Shown here piece after piece: positions 9,866 to 23,084 of a stretch of 64,000 nucleotides of DNA; the stretch's first letter is position 1; every line of letters starts with the position of its first letter. A program made the position numbers and the translations under genes. This stretch comes from Vulcanimicrobiota bacterium. GTDB lineage: Bacteria; Vulcanimicrobiota; Vulcanimicrobiia; Vulcanimicrobiales; Vulcanimicrobiaceae. The stretch covers positions 1 to 64,000 of the forward strand of contig CAWAXX010000013.1 in assembly GCA_963786105.1 (NCBI GenBank), written 5' to 3'. The notes beneath the pieces were generated by a model. It made no database searches. It was not told the origin of the DNA and was given only the letters and a program-made list of their open reading frames with translations.

Positions 9866-9881
9866 GGAGGTGCGGTCCCGC

Positions 9882-10127
9882 GTGCAGCCTATTCGGCAGT
9901 GCGTGGGTTGTCGTAAGCGGTACCCACAGGCAGACTTGGTCCGATTCGTCCACGGTTCGGAAGGCTGGAAAGCGGATGAGCCGCCTTCGAAGCGCAGGCA
10001 ACCGGGGCGGGGAGCCTACTTGTGCTCGCAAGCTTGCGGGAGGGCCGTCGCGAAAAACAAGCGCTACCCGGGTCTTGCCGCGGTCGCGGCCGAATGTGGT
10101 TTAATAAGAAGTTCGACGGATGGATAA
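9882..10127 (+). CDS. ylxR: YlxR/RnpM (DUF448) RNA-binding protein
   Basis: RQCVGCR...GRGAYLC...C motif; lies between nusA and infB; AAGGAGG RBS upstream. Confidence 0.88.
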   Translation: MQPIRQCVGCRKRYPQADLVRFVHGSEGWKADEPPSKRRQPGRGAYLCSQACGRAVAKNKRYPGLAAVAAECGLIRSSTDG

Positions 10128-10245
10128 CAGCATGATGATCGGCAATCGTCGGCGACTATGGCCCCCGAAGCGATGAGGGGCGTCAATTGAACGCGTAGTG
10201 GGGTCGGTCCCGTAGTCGGGGCGATCCCACCTAAGGTGAGGAATT

Positions 10246-12962
<2,717 letters not shown>

Positions 12963-12966
<4 letters not shown>

Positions 12967-13319
12967 AGCAGCAGCGTATTGCGAAGATCGATCATGAGAT
13001 CCAGCGCATCCTTGGGACCCTGATTTCGCAGGAGCTTCAAGACCCGCGGCTGGCTTTCGTGACCGTTACTCGCGCGGAGGTCACCGACGACCTGCGGCAT
13101 TGCAAGGTCTTCGTGTCCGTGATCGGCGACCGGCAAGCGGCGCGCCAGTCTCTCGACGCACTCCAGCATGCCGGGCGCTTTCTGCGCGGAGAGCTGGGAC
13201 GCAAGATCGACCTGCGTCACACGCCCGAGCTCGTCTTCGTTGAAGACCGGTCGGCCGAACGCGCGATCGCGTTGGCGAAGACGCTGCGCGACGCGGCGCG
13301 GAGAAACGAGGCCTCATGA
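12963..13319 (+). CDS. rbfA: Ribosome-binding factor A
   Basis: DPRLAFVTVTRAEVTDDLRHCKVFVS, LRHTPELVF. Confidence 0.95.
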
Positions 13320-14299
13320 TGATTGAAAGCACGCCGCGCATCGCATCGACCGCCGACGTCGTCGCCGAGCTGCGAGCTCGCTCGTCGTTCGTCATGGTCA
13401 GCCACGTGAAACCCGATGGCGATACGCTGGGCGCCGGCCTCGCGCTCGGCCTGGCTCTCAAGAAACTCGGCAAGCGCGTGCATTACTTTGGACAGGATCC
13501 GGTGCCGCGTAACTTGCGGTTTCTGCCGGAAACGCAGTTCGTCTCCCGCGTCCTTCCGCCCGATTTGTCGCCGGATACCCTCTTCGCGTTCTGCGACATG
13601 AGCGACTTCTCGCGTGCCGGTGAGTTTCTGCCCGCGGTTTCCCGCGAAAATATGCTCGACATCGACCACCATCTCGGGAATTCGCTCTTCGGCAAGCTCA
13701 ATTACGTGCTGGAAACCGAGTGTTCGACCGGCGCGGTCGTGATGCACCTCTTGCGCGGGTTAAACATGCCGATCGATCGCGACATCGCGACGTGCATTCT
13801 CACTACAGTTATGACCGATACCGGCGGTTTCATGCACTCAAACGCCTCGCCCGAAGCCCTCGAACTGGCAGCCGAGCTCATGCGTTTAGGGGCGAACAAA
13901 GAAGAGATCACCGAAGAAATTTTTCTTCGTAAGCGCGTCGCTGCGACGAAGTTGCTCGGACGAATCATCGAGGAAATGCGCTTCGATCATGGCGGGCATT
14001 ATTGTTACTCGTACGTCGACGATTCGATGCTCGAACAAACCGGCGCCGACGGTGAAGACACCGAGGATACGGTCAACACGTTGCGCGGCCAAGACGGGGT
14101 CGACGTCGCGGCACTCTTTAAGGCGATCGACGGCGAAATTCGCGTCAGCTTACGCTCGAACGGGCGCATCAACGTGCAGGCGGCTGCCAAACGTTTGGGC
14201 GGCGGGGGACATTTTCGCGCCGCGGGATTGACTTGCCGCGGAACGCTCGAGGAGTCGTTTCGTGCGGTCGATGCCGCCCTGGTTGCCGAGGGTCTGTGA
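13316..14299 (+). CDS. nrnA: DHH/DHHA1 bifunctional oligoribonuclease/pAp phosphatase
   Basis: HVKPDGD, IDHH, DTGGF, GGGGHFRAAG motifs. Confidence 0.92.
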   Translation: MMIESTPRIASTADVVAELRARSSFVMVSHVKPDGDTLGAGLALGLALKKLGKRVHYFGQDPVPRNLRFLPETQFVSRVLPPDLSPDTLFAFCDMSDFSRAGEFLPAVSRENMLDIDHHLGNSLFGKLNYVLETECSTGAVVMHLLRGLNMPIDRDIATCILTTVMTDTGGFMHSNASPEALELAAELMRLGANKEEITEEIFLRKRVAATKLLGRIIEEMRFDHGGHYCYSYVDDSMLEQTGADGEDTEDTVNTLRGQDGVDVAALFKAIDGEIRVSLRSNGRINVQAAAKRLGGGGHFRAAGLTCRGTLEESFRAVDAALVAEGL

Positions 14300-14305
14300 G
14301 GCTTG

Positions 14306-14557
14306 ATGACCGTCGTCGCCGGACTGTTTCTGGCCGCATTCGGTGCCGTCGGCGTGTGGTTTCTCGCGCAACGCTTTCCTAGCGCGCGCTTTCTACGCGC
14401 CGGGTACGCGCTGATGTCGGCAGGGGGTCTGCTATTTGTAGCATGGACGCTGTCGAAAGTGCTTGCGATCGGCGTTACCGGCGCCGCGATGTTGGCCGCC
14501 GGCGCGATCGCCGGCATGGTCGGTGCGTTGCGCAAGGAGTTACGCTCGAGCCTCTGA
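14306..14557 (+). CDS. Small hypothetical membrane protein (about 3 TM)
   Basis: Strongly hydrophobic ORF that fills the nrnA-truB gap in operon orientation. Confidence 0.65.
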   Translation: MTVVAGLFLAAFGAVGVWFLAQRFPSARFLRAGYALMSAGGLLFVAWTLSKVLAIGVTGAAMLAAGAIAGMVGALRKELRSSL

Positions 14558-14570
14558 TGCTTCGCTTCTG

Positions 14571-15446
14571 ATGCTGGGATTCGTCAACGTTTTTAAGCCC
14601 GCCGGCCCGACCTCGGCGCAGGTCGTCGCTCGTTTGCGGCGCATTTACGGCGCTTACGCGCGCGAGCGCAAGATCGCCGTCGGCCATTTGGGAACGCTCG
14701 ACCCGCAAGCAGCCGGCGTTCTCCCGGTGGCGATCGGGCGCGCGACGCGGCTAATCCCGTTGCTCGACGATCAACGCAAGGCGTACGCGTGTACGTTGGT
14801 ATTCGGCAACTCGACCACCTCGCAGGATTCGCTCGGCGAAATCGTCGACGCCGCGCCGGTGCCGGCGGATTGGCGAAGACGACTGGACGACGCGTTGCCG
14901 CCGTTCATGGGGAAGATCGCGCAAATACCGCCGATGTACTCGGCGGTTCACCACGACGGAAAACGTCTGTACGAACTCGCTCGCGAAGGAAAGACGGTCG
15001 AGCGCCGCGCGCGCCCGGTCACCGTCTACGCGCTCAACGTCCTGGGAACCGAGCCGCCCGCATCGGCGCGATTGCGCATCTCCTGTAGTGCGGGCACGTA
15101 CGTGCGCACGCTTTGTCACGATATCGGTATCGCCATGGGCGTTCCGGCTCACATGGGGGCGCTCGTCCGCGAGGCGTCGGGGCCGTTCGTTTTGTACGAA
15201 TCGCGCACGCTCGAGGAAATTGCCGGCGATCCCGAGTTAGCGTTGACGCCGCCCGAGCAGATCATTCCTTTCCCGATCATCGTGCTCGACCTGCGCGGAT
15301 CCGCAGATTTTCGCGCCGGTCGCGTCGTTCCGCTTCCACAGGGATCCGGTTCTCGGCACGTCTTCGTCCGCGACGAGTCGCGCACGCTAGTCGGCGTGGG
15401 TGAAGCGCTCGGAGCGCTGCTGGCGCCGCGCAAAGTCTTCGTATGA
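14571..15446 (+). CDS. truB: tRNA pseudouridine(55) synthase
   Basis: GHLGTLDPQAAGVLP, QIPPMYSAV, CSAGTYVRTLCHDIG. Confidence 0.95.
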   Translation: MLGFVNVFKPAGPTSAQVVARLRRIYGAYARERKIAVGHLGTLDPQAAGVLPVAIGRATRLIPLLDDQRKAYACTLVFGNSTTSQDSLGEIVDAAPVPADWRRRLDDALPPFMGKIAQIPPMYSAVHHDGKRLYELAREGKTVERRARPVTVYALNVLGTEPPASARLRISCSAGTYVRTLCHDIGIAMGVPAHMGALVREASGPFVLYESRTLEEIAGDPELALTPPEQIIPFPIIVLDLRGSADFRAGRVVPLPQGSGSRHVFVRDESRTLVGVGEALGALLAPRKVFV

Positions 15447-16357
15447 AGATGTTTCACCGTCTCGAGCGTAACGCGGAACGGCCGCTGGCGCTGGCGATCG
15501 GATTCTTCGATGGATTTCATCGCGGACACCAAGAGATCGCGCGCCAAACCTTGCGGATGCGCAAGCCGGGATGGCGTTCCGGCGTGCTCACGTTTTCAAA
15601 TCATCCGGCCTCGTTTTTGCGTCCCGGAACCGAGCCGCCGCTGCTGTGCACGCCGCAAGAGCGCGCGAACCTTTTTGCGGCCGCCGGCTTCGAAGAGTGT
15701 TTCTTCATTCCGTTCGACGACAGGATCGCGACGTTGTCGCCGCAGGCGTTTCTCGACGTCCTGGTCGACACGCTCGGCATCCGTGCGGTGGTTGTGGGGT
15801 CGAGCTTCCGGTTCGGTCACAAGCGCGTCGGCGACACAGCCTTCATGAAGGAATACTGCGATCGCCGCGGAGTCGGTTTCGCTCCGCTCGTAAACGCGAC
15901 CGACGGCGGCGAGCGTATCTCGAGCACCCGCATTCGCCGACTCGTCGCCGGCGGCGATCTGGCTGTCGCCGACCGGTTGATGGGCGGAACGGGTTACGAG
16001 ATTCGCGGTTTGGTCGAGTTAGGAGCCGGGCGCGGCCACGAGTTAGGGTTCCCCACCGCGAATGTGCGCGCACCCGGCAAGCTGCTGCCGAAGGACGGCG
16101 TTTACTCCGCAACCGCGCGATACGACGGTCGCGATCGACCCGCGCTGGTTTCGATCGGCACCAACCCACAGTTTGCGGGAAAGAACCGGACGATTGAGGC
16201 GTGGGTGCGCGACTTTCACTATACGATCTACGGTCGCGAACTCGCCTTGCGCGACTTTCGTTATCTCCGCGAACAGAAGCTTTTTACCGGCGTCGACGAA
16301 CTCATCGCTCAAATGCAGCGCGACCTCGAAGCCGTCGCCTTCCCCAGTTATGGATAG
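15443..16357 (+). CDS. ribF: Bifunctional riboflavin kinase/FAD synthetase
   Basis: IGFFDGFHRGHQ, ISSTRIR, GRGHELGFPTAN, LREQKLF. Confidence 0.95.
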   Translation: MKMFHRLERNAERPLALAIGFFDGFHRGHQEIARQTLRMRKPGWRSGVLTFSNHPASFLRPGTEPPLLCTPQERANLFAAAGFEECFFIPFDDRIATLSPQAFLDVLVDTLGIRAVVVGSSFRFGHKRVGDTAFMKEYCDRRGVGFAPLVNATDGGERISSTRIRRLVAGGDLAVADRLMGGTGYEIRGLVELGAGRGHELGFPTANVRAPGKLLPKDGVYSATARYDGRDRPALVSIGTNPQFAGKNRTIEAWVRDFHYTIYGRELALRDFRYLREQKLFTGVDELIAQMQRDLEAVAFPSYG

Positions 16358-16883
16358 AAGTACCGGAACGCTGCGCATCGCCGTGGCGGTGATTGCGCTC
16401 TGCCTCGCCGCCTGCGGCGGCGGCGCGAACGGAACGAAAAAACAGGCGTCCGCCGACGATCGAATTGCGCGGGTAGGACAGCCGGCCCCCGCTTGGTCCG
16501 AGCCGACCTCACAAGGCACGAGCCTCGCGCTCGCGTCGCTGCGGGGCAAAGTCGTCTATCTGAATTTCTTCGCGTCGTGGTGCCCTCCGTGCAACGAGGA
16601 GGCACCCGCGATCGACGCGTTACAACGCGAGTACGGCTCGAAGGGCCTGCAGATCGTCGGCGTCGACGTTTTGGAGAACGCACGCAAAGCCGCACTTTTC
16701 CGGGCCCAGCATCGTCTGAGTTACCCGGCGGTGGTCGACGACGGCGCCCTGCGCGACCAGTACGCCGTCAACGGCTTACCAGTCCACGTTTTCATCGACC
16801 GCAACGGGGTCGTCCGCAACGTCGTGGTCGGCGAAATATCGCCGGAAGACATGCGCGCGAATGTCCAGCGGCTTCTTCACTAG
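16350..16883 (+). CDS. TlpA/ResA-family thiol-disulfide oxidoreductase, lipoprotein
   Basis: LAAC lipobox; LNFFASWCPPC active site; FIDRNG. Confidence 0.9.
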   Translation: MDRSTGTLRIAVAVIALCLAACGGGANGTKKQASADDRIARVGQPAPAWSEPTSQGTSLALASLRGKVVYLNFFASWCPPCNEEAPAIDALQREYGSKGLQIVGVDVLENARKAALFRAQHRLSYPAVVDDGALRDQYAVNGLPVHVFIDRNGVVRNVVVGEISPEDMRANVQRLLH

Positions 16884-16935
16884 AGGAACCCTCAGAGGTT
16901 CCCTAATCCGTTCTAGCAGGGCACGTATCGTTTCC

Positions 16936-18831
16936 ATGGAGAACAGGGCGACTCTCGTGAAGCGGTCGCTCGAATGGGCTTGTGTTTTGAGCGCAGCGGC
17001 CGTCCTGTTTGCAGGGTGTGCAGGCGGTGGCGCCCAGAATTCCATGATGCTGCCCGGAGGCGGGGGTCTTAACCCCGCGGGCAGCGCGCTGGGCGGGGCT
17101 CCCAGCGGTGCGACCTTGATCAGGGTTCACGTTCCGTGGACGATTTCCAACGCCGCGCCTTCCGGGAACGGTTCGCCGGCCAGCGCGGCCGCGCCGCTGC
17201 CCGTGTTCCCCGGCACGACGCCGACGCCGTTTCAAACTCCGACGCCGCTACCCACGACGGGCGCCGGAAGCCAGCCCGGAGCCGCGCTGGCGCAGGCGCT
17301 TACCTTGAGCCTGAGCGGTCCGACTCCGGTGACGCAGACGATCGGCCTGACGCCTGGCTCGTCTGGTTGCGCGAACGTAGGCACGGGCGCCGTGTGCCAG
17401 GCGGCTTTGCCGCTGTTACCTGGCGTCTACACCGCGGTCGTCGCCGCGTCTGGATCTCAAAGCGCCGTCGCGGGCGTGCAGACGATCGCGTTCACGGTTG
17501 CTTATGGTTCCGCCAACGTCGTGAACCTCGCGTTTGCCGCCGTCCCCGCACAACTCGACGTCGTTCCCGGATCGTCCATGAGTTACGAAAATGCGCAAGG
17601 CGGAATCGATTTATACGGCGCTGGGAAGCATCTGGTCGTCGCCGAGCTTGTCGACGCGAATCAAAACATCATCGTCGGCTCGGCATCGCCCACCGTGACC
17701 GCAACTCAGATGGGAGGAGCGCTGGCGCTAACGATCGCCCAAGCCGGCCCAACGCTTCCGAACGTCTTTTCCGTCGCTCCGCCGGCGGCGTACGGCGGCG
17801 GGAGCGCGACGTTGCGCGTTACCGCGGCGTTTCCGGGGCAGGCGTCCAATCCGTGCGCGCAGCTAAGCGCGAACTGCTCGGGAAGCGTCGGCGTCGACGT
17901 CAAGCAAGTGCTGGCGGTCGCAAACTCGAGCAACAATAGCGTCACGCTCTACGCCGGAGGCCAAAACGTACCGGTTGCGACGATTCAAAACGGCGTGACC
18001 AATCCGCAGTCGCTCGTCTTCGACGCTGCCGGCGATCTGTTCGTCGCGAGTCAGCCTGGAAGCGTTACCGAATACACTGCTCCCTACAACGGCCTGCCCT
18101 CGACGATTGCGATCGGCGTGAATCATCCGCAGGCTCTGGCCCTCGATAGTCGCGGAAACCTCTTCGTGGCCAACGGAAGCGGCAGCAATACCGTCACCGA
18201 ATACTCGCCTCCCTATGGCGGCGCACCAACGGCGACCATCTCCACCGGGATCGACGATCCGGTCAGCTTAGGACTCGACTTCTCCGGGAATCTGTTCGTT
18301 GCGAATCAGGCGTCGAATACGGTTACCGAGTACTCCGCGCCGTATACCGGCACGCCGACGACCCTGTCGAACGGTCTGTATGGTCCGAACTCGCTCGCCA
18401 TCGACAGCCGCGGAAACGTCTTCGTGTCCAATCTGAACAGCACGCCGAATTCGGTGGTCGAGTTTACTCCGCCGTTTTCGAGTGCCAGCATTCCGGCGGT
18501 CGCGATTACCAACGGCGTGAACGAGCAAGGTGCGATCGGCGTGAACTCGTCTGCGAACCTGTTCGTGCCAAACCAAGGCTCGAACACCGTGTCCGAATAC
18601 TTGCCACCGTACGGCGGAGCGCCGACCACGATTGCCGGCGGACAGAACCAGCCCGTCGCGTTGGCGATCGACGCGTCGGGGAACCTCTACGTAGCCAACT
18701 ACGGCAACAACACCGTGACGCAGTATTCGCCGCCCTACGCTGGAGCGTCGTGGGTGACGCTGTCGAACGGCGTCAGCAGCCCTCAAGCGCTGGCGCTTTC
18801 CCCACCGACGTCGGGCTTCGGGCTTCCCTAG
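16936..18831 (+). CDS. Lipoprotein with C-terminal NHL-like beta-propeller repeats
   Basis: FAGC lipobox; about seven ~44-aa repeats of the form P.SLA.D..GNLFVAN...NTVTEY.PPY.G.P. Confidence 0.85.
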   Translation: MENRATLVKRSLEWACVLSAAAVLFAGCAGGGAQNSMMLPGGGGLNPAGSALGGAPSGATLIRVHVPWTISNAAPSGNGSPASAAAPLPVFPGTTPTPFQTPTPLPTTGAGSQPGAALAQALTLSLSGPTPVTQTIGLTPGSSGCANVGTGAVCQAALPLLPGVYTAVVAASGSQSAVAGVQTIAFTVAYGSANVVNLAFAAVPAQLDVVPGSSMSYENAQGGIDLYGAGKHLVVAELVDANQNIIVGSASPTVTATQMGGALALTIAQAGPTLPNVFSVAPPAAYGGGSATLRVTAAFPGQASNPCAQLSANCSGSVGVDVKQVLAVANSSNNSVTLYAGGQNVPVATIQNGVTNPQSLVFDAAGDLFVASQPGSVTEYTAPYNGLPSTIAIGVNHPQALALDSRGNLFVANGSGSNTVTEYSPPYGGAPTATISTGIDDPVSLGLDFSGNLFVANQASNTVTEYSAPYTGTPTTLSNGLYGPNSLAIDSRGNVFVSNLNSTPNSVVEFTPPFSSASIPAVAITNGVNEQGAIGVNSSANLFVPNQGSNTVSEYLPPYGGAPTTIAGGQNQPVALAIDASGNLYVANYGNNTVTQYSPPYAGASWVTLSNGVSSPQALALSPPTSGFGLP

Positions 18832-18851
18832 GGAGCAGAGGCTCCCGTAAT

Positions 18852-20798
18852 TTACGCGGCTTTTACGACCAGCGTTCCCTCGTGGAGATCGACGCCGGCG
18901 GTGCTGCCCGCCTGCAGCACGCCGCGGAGGATCGCGCTCGAAAGTGGCGTCGACACGTGACGCGATACCGTTCGCTGCACGAAACGCGCGCCGGTACCAG
19001 CGGCCATGGATTCGTCGGCCAGAAAACGGCGAGCTTCCTCGGATAACCGTAGCCGCACGTCGCGCGCGCCCAGCCGTGCGGCCAGCGCATCGACGTGAAT
19101 GGCGACGATCGCTTCGATCTGTGGCAATCCCAACGGCTCGAACGCGACGATCTCGTCGATGCGGTTCAACATTTCCGGGCGTAACGCAAAGTTCAGCTCG
19201 TCGTCCTCGAGATTGGTCGTAAGAACGATCAATGCGTGGCGAAAATCGATGGTGCGTCCCTTGGCGTCGGTGACGCGCCCGTCGTCGAGGATTTGCAGCA
19301 GCAGGGCGGCGACGTCGGGGTGCGCCTTTTCGAGTTCGTCGAAGAGTACGACGCAGTACGGGCGCCGCCGAACCGGCTCGGTTAGCTGACCCGGTTCGTC
19401 GTGTCCGGCGTATCCGGGCGGCGCGCCCAGGAGACGCGAGACCGAATGCTGCTCGGTGAACTCCGAAAGATCGATGCGGACGAGCGCAGCTTCGCTGCCG
19501 AAGAGCGCTTCGGCGAGGGTCTTGGCGAGTTCGGTTTTCCCGACGCCGCTCTGACCCTTGAATAAGAAGCTTCCCAGCGGCTTGCGCGGGTCGTGTAGAC
19601 CGGCGCGTGCCCGGCGAATGGCGTCGGATACCGACGCGATGGCGCGGTCCTGGCCGATAACGCGCTTGCTTAGGACGCGTTCGAGATCGAGCAACCGGTT
19701 CGTTTGCGATTCGCTCAACGCGGCCTGCGGAATTCCAGTCCAGCGGGTCACGACGGCCGCGACGTGTTCCCGCGTAACGGTCGGCCGGTCGATCGCGCCT
19801 TTGTTTTGCAGCGCGACGAACGCCGCGGCTTCGTCCATCAAATCGATGGCTTTGTCGGGAAGAAAACGATCGGCGATGTAGCGTGCCGACAGCGTTGCGG
19901 CCGCGTCGATCGCGTCGTCACTGATGGTGACGCGGTGGTGAACGGCGTAGCCGTCGCGCAATCCGCGCAGAATCGACGTCGTCTGGTCGATGGTCGGCTC
20001 TTCCACCATGACCGGCTGGAAGCGACGCTCGAGCGCGGCGTCGGACTCTACGTACTTGCGGTACTCGTCGAAGGTCGTTGCGCCGATGCACTGCAGCTCT
20101 CCACGCGCCAGCTCGGGCTTAATCATCGAACTCAGGTCGAGCGCGCCCTCGGCGGCGCCCGCTCCGACTAGCGTGTGCAGCTCGTCGATGAAGAGGACGA
20201 CGTCGCGAGCGCTGCGTTTAACTTCGTCGAGAATCCGCTTGACGCGCCCCTCGAACTCGCCGCGATATTTGGTCCCCGCAACGAGCGGTCCCAACGAAAG
20301 TGCGAGGACGCGTTTACCGCGCAGCGATGCGGGGACGCTCCCCGCCACGATCCGCTGAGCCAACCCTTCAACGATCGCGGTTTTGCCGACGCCGGGTTCG
20401 CCCACCAAGACCGGGTTGTTCTTGCTGCGGCGGGCGAGAATCGAAACCAAACGCTCGATTTCGTCGTCGCGGCCGATTACCGGATCCAGCTTACCGGCGC
20501 GCGCCAATTCGGTGAGATCGCGCGAGAAACTTCCCAGCGTCGGCGTTCCGCGAAAGCGCTTGGTCAGCTCGTCGAGCGGCGACGTCCCGCCGCGTTCTTT
20601 ATCGTCGCCCTGGAGGCGTTCGGCAAGCATGACGCTGCCGGCGATGAGACCGGCGGCGGCTAAGGCCGCCCCCAAAAACGGGAGCGCGCCGGTGACCGTC
20701 CGTTTGTGCGCGCACGCCGAGCAGAGCGAGCGCCGTCCGTCAAATATCGGAGCCGGGCGCGCTCCGCAGCTTTCGCAAGGAGTATTCATCGAGTCCAT
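18852..20798 (-). CDS. Atypical Clp/Hsp100 AAA+ ATPase (N-terminal Zn finger + hydrophobic helix, two NBDs)
   Basis: [60 protein letters not shown]-terminal CESC..CSAC then [20 protein letters not shown]. Confidence 0.9.
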   Translation of the reverse strand: MDSMNTPCESCGARPAPIFDGRRSLCSACAHKRTVTGALPFLGAALAAAGLIAGSVMLAERLQGDDKERGGTSPLDELTKRFRGTPTLGSFSRDLTELARAGKLDPVIGRDDEIERLVSILARRSKNNPVLVGEPGVGKTAIVEGLAQRIVAGSVPASLRGKRVLALSLGPLVAGTKYRGEFEGRVKRILDEVKRSARDVVLFIDELHTLVGAGAAEGALDLSSMIKPELARGELQCIGATTFDEYRKYVESDAALERRFQPVMVEEPTIDQTTSILRGLRDGYAVHHRVTISDDAIDAAATLSARYIADRFLPDKAIDLMDEAAAFVALQNKGAIDRPTVTREHVAAVVTRWTGIPQAALSESQTNRLLDLERVLSKRVIGQDRAIASVSDAIRRARAGLHDPRKPLGSFLFKGQSGVGKTELAKTLAEALFGSEAALVRIDLSEFTEQHSVSRLLGAPPGYAGHDEPGQLTEPVRRRPYCVVLFDELEKAHPDVAALLLQILDDGRVTDAKGRTIDFRHALIVLTTNLEDDELNFALRPEMLNRIDEIVAFEPLGLPQIEAIVAIHVDALAARLGARDVRLRLSEEARRFLADESMAAGTGARFVQRTVSRHVSTPLSSAILRGVLQAGSTAGVDLHEGTLVVKAA

Positions 20799-20835
20799 CT
20801 ACCTGCGCCCTTCGCGCATGGTTTCGCGGGGCGCC

Positions 20836-21534
20836 TTACGGCTGCGCCAAAAACGTCACGCTCACCGAGACCGAGACGTTCACGTTGGATTGGTCGAACT
20901 GGGTCGGGGCGCTGGCCGCGGCCACGCGCATGAGCGGCTGCGGATTGACGCCGCCGCCCTGGAGTTCCATGCTCTTAATGGAGACGATGCGCAAGTGCGC
21001 TGCTGCAGCAAGCGCCTCGGCGTTCGCACGCGCGTCGGCGACGGCCTTTCGGGTAGCTTCCGCTCGCGGACCGACGGTATCGGCAAGCCCGAACGTCACG
21101 CCGTTGATCGACGTCGCGCCGGAACTGGTACATGCGTCGGCGACGCGTCCGGCCTTCCCGATGTCGCGGACTTTCACGTTGAATTCGCGCGAAACGGTGT
21201 ATCCGTACCGCTCGCCGCCGGAAGTCGGCGGAAGGACGTGCGGTTTCGGATTGTAGTTGACGTTGTACGACGACAGCGTGATGTCGGCGCGGGCTACGCC
21301 CGTTTTTTCGAGGGCGGCGACGATGCGGTCGTACGTCGCGTTGTTTTGCCCCACGGCGTCGGCCGCATTTGGGGCGTTGGTTTCGATGTTGGCGTTGACG
21401 TTAGCAACGTCGGGCGGCAGCGCGACCGAACCGTTCCCCGAGACGCTGATTTCGGTCGTCCCCGCCGGAGTATCGGCTATCGCCGGCGCAGCCATGGCGA
21501 GCGCCAGCAGCATGCCGAGAACGAGGGGTTTCAT
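20836..21534 (-). CDS. SIMPL (DUF541/YggE/BP26) periplasmic protein
   Basis: Signal peptide; [37 protein letters not shown]. Confidence 0.9.
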   Translation of the reverse strand: MKPLVLGMLLALAMAAPAIADTPAGTTEISVSGNGSVALPPDVANVNANIETNAPNAADAVGQNNATYDRIVAALEKTGVARADITLSSYNVNYNPKPHVLPPTSGGERYGYTVSREFNVKVRDIGKAGRVADACTSSGATSINGVTFGLADTVGPRAEATRKAVADARANAEALAAAAHLRIVSIKSMELQGGGVNPQPLMRVAAASAPTQFDQSNVNVSVSVSVTFLAQP

Positions 21535-21645
21535 ATCTATCTAACGTCGACGCCGGGTCGATGGTGCCCTGGGTCGAACGAGGTTTAGAGAGCCGCTTCG
21601 TTTGGGAAACGGTTGCCATCGAGGGAGGAGGGTTTTCACAAACTC

Positions 21646-21906
21646 ATGGGCATCGTAGCGTGGATTATTTTTGGCCTGATTGCGGGTCTCGTCGCCCGCT
21701 GGCTGGTTCCGGGCGAGGGCCCGGGCGGCGTCGTCGGCGACATCATCGTCGGCATCATCGGTGCGCTCCTCGGCGGTTGGATCTACCGCTTTTTCGGTCA
21801 TTCCGGCGTGACGGGTTTCAATCTACCGAGCATAGTCTGCGCGATCGTCGGCGCAGTCGTGCTACTCTTTATCATCCGCGCCATCCGCGGGCGGCCCGCC
21901 GTCTGA
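21646..21906 (+). CDS. GlsB/YeaQ/YmgE stress-response membrane protein
   Basis: WIIFGLIAGLVARWLVPG..GDIIVGIIGALLGG; GGAGG RBS. Confidence 0.92.
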   Translation: MGIVAWIIFGLIAGLVARWLVPGEGPGGVVGDIIVGIIGALLGGWIYRFFGHSGVTGFNLPSIVCAIVGAVVLLFIIRAIRGRPAV

Positions 21907-21949
21907 GAGAGGGGGGTGCGCCACCGCTCGTCGTAAGGGATAGTCGCTC

Positions 21950-22195
21950 ATGGCCTACGTCATCACCGAACCGTGCATCGGTACCAAGGACAAATCGTGC
22001 GTCGACGTTTGTCCGGTTGATTGCATCCACGGGAAGGACGACGATGAGATGCTCTTCATCGATCCCGAGGTATGCATCGATTGCGGGGCTTGCGTGTCGG
22101 CCTGCCCCGTCGAAGCAATCTTTGCCGACTCCGACGTCCCGGAACAGTATCTAAAATACACCGAGATCAACGCGGAGTATTTTAAGAAAACGTAA
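21950..22195 (+). CDS. fdxA: Dicluster (7Fe-type) ferredoxin
   Basis: MAYVITEPCIGTKDKSCVDVCPVDCI..CIDCGACVSACPVEAI. Confidence 0.92.
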   Translation: MAYVITEPCIGTKDKSCVDVCPVDCIHGKDDDEMLFIDPEVCIDCGACVSACPVEAIFADSDVPEQYLKYTEINAEYFKKT

Positions 22196-23021
22196 CGGCA
22201 AATACCGTTGCGGGCCGAGCGACCACGAGATCCGCGTCGTCGAGCAGTCCCGGCGTGGCGTGCTCCTTGCGGACGGCGACGACGTCGGTGACGCGGCGTA
22301 GCCGCGCGAGACTTTTTCGCTGGGCGGGATCGCGATAGAAGAGATCGCTCGCGCCGGACGCGGCGGCCTCGCCGCGCAACGCCAGAAACGCGCACGGATG
22401 GACGGCAACGCTTTGCAATCGATCGGCGTGGCGGACGAAGCCGACGGCGTATTCGCCAGCACCTTCTAGCCGTAACGGCAGGACTAGTCGCGCGCCCTCG
22501 GAGAGTACGCGCCACCAGGCGACGGCCACGTCGTCGCTGCGCGCCGTGACCACGACCCGATCGAACGACGTTCCTTCGCGCACCTCTCGCCCACCGTCAG
22601 CAGCCAAAACCCGCACGTTCGCATACCCGAGTTCGCCGATTGCAGCGTGGGCGCGCGCGGCCAGATCGGCGTCGAGATCGGTGGTCGTTACGCTCCCCTC
22701 CGGTCCCACCAGTTCGGCGAGCAGTGCGGCGTGATAACCGCTCCCGGTTCCGATCTCGAGAACCCGGTCGCCGGCCTCTGGCGCGAGCGACTGGAGCATG
22801 AGCGCGATCATCCCAGGCTGCGAAATCGAAGAAATGATTTCGCCTTGCGATACCTTGATGGCGATCGCGCGGTCGGCATAGGCTTCTTCCAACGGCACGT
22901 CGGGAACGAAATGGTGGCGAGGCACCTTTCGCATGGCTGCCGCTACCCGCGCATGGCGTAGAACCCCGGCGTGCTCGAGCTGCGATGCCATCGCCTCGCG
23001 AAGTGTCGCGGCACGGTCCAT
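22182..23021 (-). CDS. pcm: Protein-L-isoaspartate O-methyltransferase family protein
   Basis: VPRHHFV, ISQPGM, VLEIGTGSGYHAALLA. Confidence 0.85.
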   Translation of the reverse strand: MDRAATLREAMASQLEHAGVLRHARVAAAMRKVPRHHFVPDVPLEEAYADRAIAIKVSQGEIISSISQPGMIALMLQSLAPEAGDRVLEIGTGSGYHAALLAELVGPEGSVTTTDLDADLAARAHAAIGELGYANVRVLAADGGREVREGTSFDRVVVTARSDDVAVAWWRVLSEGARLVLPLRLEGAGEYAVGFVRHADRLQSVAVHPCAFLALRGEAAASGASDLFYRDPAQRKSLARLRRVTDVVAVRKEHATPGLLDDADLVVARPATVFAVTFS

Positions 23022-23084
23022 GACAGGCGCTATGATTCGCTCCCGAGCCGAGGTGTGCTCCCAGCAGGTCGGGAAAAGATCGCC

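Noticed and set aside
10160..10181. K-loop (box C/D-like CCGA..GATGA) in the ylxR-infB spacer
   Set aside because: The loop is too short and the flanking stem register does not fit a K-turn consensus.
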